Translations under genes and position numbers: made by a program
From: Eledone cirrhosa
Lineage: Eukaryota
Length of the DNA stretch: 64,000 nucleotides
Direction: 5' to 3'
Assembly (NCBI GenBank): GCA_964016885.1
Contig: OZ024742.1
Span: 41,292,001-41,356,000, forward strand
Notes under the pieces: model-generated
What the model was told of the DNA's origin: nothing
The model's database searches: none
The model's input: the letters and a program-made list of their open reading frames with translations, nothing else
Shown: in pieces, positions 59,006-64,000 of the stretch
Numbering within the stretch: position 1 is the first letter of the stretch
Layout of the letters: every line of letters starts with the position of its first letter

Positions 59006-59859
59006 GTAAAGGATTAAATAAAAGGTGTCTGGGTGAAAGCTCTTTTAGTTTATACCTTGGGAGGCTGAGTCCAGCATTGCAAGCTAATAAACTAATTTAT
59101 CAGTTATAGTCTTCTTCATAGTATCTTTCTGTAACAAGGTAGACTGGACTATTGAGCATTGTCTTAGCCAAAGGTGATCCAATAACTTTGTGAAGATCAG
59201 ACCAGCCAACACAGCTATCCACAACACTCAAAATCAACAAGGTAGCATTAACCCTTTTAATACTGAAATGCCTGAAACCGGATTTGGTTTTACAATACAG
59301 ATCAGTTTACTTTAAAGTGTTTATATTTATCGAAAATCCTTCCATAGTTACATTCTAAACACCAGCTTAAAAATAAGAAAGTTATTTATATTACTAAATT
59401 CCTCCAAATTCTTGATTATTTAAAAAATCTTAGGCAGTGTTTTTCATTAGAGATATGGTAATGAAAGCGCTAAAGTGATGCTGATATCCAAAGTGGAAAA
59501 AGTATTGCAGTCTTATGCTTTCTTTTGCATTAGATGATGTTGAGGGTTGCTTTGGAAATATTTATGAGAGGCAGGACCTGTAGCATTGTCACAATAAAAC
59601 AACTCTAGTGCACTCTGTCACGATAAAGTGGTCCATCTGAAAGGTCAGTAGCTCTGATTAAGTAACTGACCTGGTTTGTGACATGTTCAACCCTTGATAG
59701 CAGGGAAAATGGATATTAAATGTTAATGATGATGGTAGCACAGTTGAGTTTTGTTGGACATCCATTGGTTTAGACAACAAGTGTTCCAGTTATTTGATCA
59801 ATGGAACAAACTGCTTGTTAAATTAACATGCAAGTGGCTGAGCATTACACAAACGTACC

Positions 59860-60133
59860 TTAACCTCTTTAGTGCCGTAGACAAGATAACTCATCCTAAC
59901 ATTCTATTGCCATGGATGAGATAACTCGTCCTAACATGTTTGAACTCTTTTCCAACAGTTCATAACTTCAAAGCTAGATTAGGTTACTAGTTTATTGATG
60001 TGACATTTGTCAATCATTCAGATATGTGTTAATAAATGTTTGTTTAAAAAAAAAATAGTCATTTTACTGAAAAAAAACAACCCAGCACAGCAACTGTAGC
60101 TGTGTAAAATATATACGGCAGTCAACAGGTTAA
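59860..60133. mobile_element. piggyBac-like MITE, family B
   Basis: TTAA|CCTCTTTAGTGCCGTA ... TACGGCAGTCAACAGG|TTAA. Confidence 0.55.
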
Positions 60134-60627
60134 TGTAGTTGTCAAACTCACAATCTCATGATTATGAGTTGAACATCCTAACCACAAAGCCATGTGCCTT
60201 CACATACATTAATGTAAGCAATCAGACAAAGACTGAATTATTTGTATATGGTATCAGATATAGATGAACTCCCATACAAACAAATAAAAGTAATAAAAGT
60301 AGAGAGAAAAGTATTTGCTAAACATGTTCAAACAAGTAGCAATAAAGAAATATCATAAGTTTTCTTTGTTTCAACCTTGAAATTTTTTTCTATAAAGAAT
60401 CTTTTCAAAAAATGACAAAAGTCATAAAAACCAAATAAACAAACACAGGCATGGCTGTGTGGTTAAGGTGTTTACTTCACAACCACATCAATTTGGATTC
60501 AGCCATACTGTATGACATCTTGGACAGGGTGTCATACAGTGTGACTTGGGTTGACCAATGCCATGTGAGTGAAATTTGGTAGCAAACTGCAGAAGCCCAT
60601 CTAATGTGTATATATATATATATATAT

Positions 60628-60942
60628 GGAGGCACATGGCTTAGTGGTTAGAGCATTGTGAGTTCAATTCTCAGACCGGGTGATGTGTTGTTTACTTGAG
60701 CAAGACACTTTATTTCACATTGCTCCAGTTTACTCAGCTGTAGAAATGAGATGATAGGGACTGGTGTCCCTATCATTCCACTGTAAAGTGGTCGTGGAGG
60801 TGCCACGGCAAAAAAGCACCCAGCACTCACTGTAAATGAGGTTGGTGTTAGGAAGGGCATCCAGCTGTAGAAATCAAGCCAGAATCAGTTCCCGTCCCAC
60901 CCTTGCAAGCAGGGAAAAGCGGACGTAAAATGTAATGATGAT
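60628..60942 (+). mobile_element. tRNA-derived SINE with RTE-like 3' part
   Basis: GGAGGCACATGGCTTAGTGG head, internal palindrome TGATAGGGAC...GTCCCTATCA, (GAT)n tail. Confidence 0.85.
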
Positions 60943-61832
60943 ATATGTGTGTGCGTATATAAACCTGTAGAGCGAATATTTATTATTAGCACGATTAAAA
61001 GTTTAAGTAAACAATTTCTACTTTCACCCTTATACTTTTAATCTGTGCTAATATATATATACAGTGAAATTCTTTATAACGATATCGACTGAAACAAATC
61101 AAGCATTTGTTTGTTATAATACATATATCACCATTTAATGGAAAATGGATTTTAAATGATGATACATATGTATTTGTGTGTGCCCTTGTGTCTGTTTATG
61201 TCATGTAACCTTGCACTTCCACAAAAAGACTAATAAAAAACAAGTGCTGCATTCATATGATCAACTAAACCCCTAAATATAGCTATATTTCTAATGAAAT
61301 ACTATATTTCAATTAATTATTGAAAATTTTTTAGGGATTTACTAAAATTATTAATCATTTCATTACTAAGATAGTAAGTTAACATATGGTTCTTTTATAT
61401 ATTGGAAGATTTATTTAAACAGGAATCCTTAACATTGGGTGGCTTTATTTCACAGAACCAGAGCTGTATTGGTGAGAGTTAAGGCGGTGACCCAGTATGG
61501 TCACTCTAACTAAAAACAAAACACACAATCACTATCAATAAAATCTCCAGTATAACCCAACATTAGTTAATATGAAACTTATTAACCTCAACTTTTGTGT
61601 CTACGAGTTTGATTCCCAGTGACATGTATCATTAAGTAACACACTGTCGCATGCTCAGCTAGTTGCATGTTAATCTCACAAGCAAGCTGTGACATTATTC
61701 AAACAATTGGAACACTGACCATTGAAACTGATGGAGATCCAATACACTAAGAGTGGTGCAAGGTAAGGCATCTGGTTGTAAAATGACCTCATAAGTATGT
61801 CAATCATGGGTTCTACAAAGTTAGATCCCGCT

Positions 61833-62039
61833 TAACACTCTAGCATTTTAACCGGCCATATCCAGCCAGAATTCTCTCACTTCTGTTCAAACTGGCTGTA
61901 AACGGCTGCTCATACTTATGTCAAGGTATCGTTCTCAAAATAAATAATATCAAAATCTCATATATTATGCGAGATAAAGCCTTTACCATGAAAATATAAT
62001 AGTAAATATAGAGCAATGTAAATAATGCTAAAGAGTTAA
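61833..62039 (+). mobile_element. piggyBac-like MITE, family A
   Basis: TTAACACTCTAGCATTT...AATGCTAAAGAGTTAA. Confidence 0.68.
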
Positions 62040-62723
62040 GCAGGGAAATTGGCCTTAAAATGCTTGTCATTAACACTTCCATTTACCACATTTTTCCCTG
62101 TTAGCAAGGGTTGGTCTAATTATTTATTAGGTTTTCCTAACCATATAAGTTCTGATTACTACAGGTCAATATTGATGGTTGCATCTTAAAACTGAAAATA
62201 ATAAGGAAAAAAAAAAAAGAAAGGAAAGGAGCTGATTGTTAGATCAGAGCAAAGAAACCATGCTTTCATTGGTCTTTCCATTGCTGCCAGTTGTAATTCC
62301 TGGCAGAAGGAAACAAGATTGGAAATGAGAATCTACAGAGCAGGAACAGACACTTTAACAACTCCACCAATTCACCACTCTTGCTGAACTGGTACTTTAT
62401 TTATAGATTCCAAAAAGATGAAAGGCAAAGTTAATCATGGCAGGATTTGAATTCAGTGCACAGAAAGCCAGAACAAATGCTGAGGAATTTTATCCAATGC
62501 TCTAAAGACTTAGCCAATCACTGCCTTGCAGATGTCAGAAAGAAAGAAACAAACAATATCAATTCAAAAACAGAGATATTGTGCTAAAGCAGGAAAGAGG
62601 AACTGAGGATATAACATTAAAACTATTTCCCTGGAGTGTGATTTAAGTTGGTTGGTTGTTGTGTACCTTTAAGTGCAAACATATTCTGAGATTTCATAAG
62701 TAAATAAGTTATGACTGTGGCTA

Positions 62724-63055
62724 ATCATCATCATCATTTTACGCCCACTTTTCCCTGCTTGCAAGGGTGGGACGGGAACTGATTCTGGCTTCATTTCTAC
62801 AGCTGGATGCCCTTCCTAACACCAACCTCATTTAAAGTGAGTGCTGGGTGCTTTTTTGCCGTGGCACCTCCACGACTACTCTGCAGTGGAATGATAGGGA
62901 CCCCAGTCCCTATCATCTCATTTCTACAGCTGAGTAAACTGGAGCAATGTAAAATAAAGTGTCTTGCTCAAGGAAACAACACATCACCCGGTCTGAGAAT
63001 TGAACTCAACCTTTCGATTGCAAGGCCAATGCTCTAACCAAAGCCATGTGCCTCC
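62724..63055 (-). mobile_element. tRNA-derived SINE, full-length, inverted relative to the 60628 copy
   Basis: Reverse complement of 60628-60942 and of 22547 onward. Confidence 0.85.
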
Positions 63056-63359
63056 AGCTAAGTAATTATTATTTTCCCTATACTCGAATAAGCTGACCCC
63101 TATTTTATGCCTGAGAAATGGACAAAAATTAAAACTCTGTTTAAAAGCCAAGTCAGCTAATCAACACAATGTTTAGATGCTGCAGTTTTGAATTCTCATG
63201 AATAGAGAATTTATACAGTTTTAATATTTTGATAATAAAAATGTTTTAAGTGTTGTTTATATGGTTTTTGTTTCAGAACTCCCTTACCAATTTCTGACTG
63301 TTTTGAAGGCCATATTTATTCAAAACATCAAAAACAACAAGGAAAACGAATTTCACATT

Positions 63360-64000
63360 GAAAGTGAAATTGGTGTAATATTCACCTCCAAAGTGAAACT
63401 GGTGTAATATTCACCTCAAAAATGAAACCAGTGTAATATTCACCTCCAAAGTGAAACTGGTGTAATTTTCACCTCCAAAATGAAACCAGTGTAATATTCA
63501 CCTCCAAAGTGAAACTGGTGTAATATTCACCTCCAAAGTGAAACCAGTGTAATATTCACCTCTAAAATGAAACCAGTGTAATATTCACCTCTAAAATGAA
63601 ACCAGTGTAATATTCACCTCTAAAATGAAACCAGTGTAATATTCACCTCCAAAGTGAAACCAGTGTAATATTCACCTCCAAAATGAAACCAGTGTAATAT
63701 TCACCTCCAAAATGAAACCAGTGTAATATTCACCTCCAAAATGAAACCAGTGTAATATTCACCTCCAAAATGAAACCAGTGTAATATTCACCTCTAAAAT
63801 GAAACCAGTGTAATATTCACCTCTAAAATGAAACCAGTGTAATATTCACCTCTAAAATGAAACCAGTGTAATATTCACCTCTAAAATGAAACCAGTGTAA
63901 TATTCACCTCCAAAATGAAACCAGTGTAATATTCACATCTAAAATGAAACCAGTGTAATATTCACCTCCAAAGTGAAACCAGTGTAATATTCACCTCCAA
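63360..64000. repeat. Minisatellite, 29-bp unit AAAATGAAACCAGTGTAATATTCACCTCC, about 22 copies, runs off the window end
   Basis: Directly visible tandem periodicity. Confidence 0.96.

Overview
AT-rich, repeat-dense eukaryotic (animal) genomic DNA. The SINE families and microsatellites suggest a coleoid cephalopod such as Octopus; this is inference. Two intact host genes are divergently oriented. POLR3F (RNA polymerase III subunit RPC6/C34, 316 aa, minus strand, 6599-7549) has an intronless CDS. CNDP2 (cytosolic non-specific dipeptidase, M20A) has 14 coding exons, 469 aa, plus strand, 11612-53632; all introns are GT-AG and the phases agree. Introns and flanks hold decayed or partly intact LINEs (Vingi/Ingi-like, CR1, Tx1/L1, RTE, CRE-like fragments), a mariner remnant, hAT and piggyBac-like MITEs and many tRNA-derived SINEs. 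Most notable observations: (1) a 2.16-kb Charlie-type hAT element with TIRs and an 8-bp TSD that carries a CELF/Bruno RRM3 gene fragment; (2) a TC-microsatellite-inserted Tx1 LINE that keeps its 5' end but has an internal deletion resembling a splice junction; (3) a ~610-bp near-perfect foldback hairpin in CNDP2 intron 1; (4) a 6.9-kb array of a 65-bp unit that grew inside a SINE and has a 26-unit higher-order duplication; (5) an Asp at the normally Gly position of the CNDP2 EESGS motif that A-to-I editing would revert. Family assignments come from remembered motifs, not database searches.
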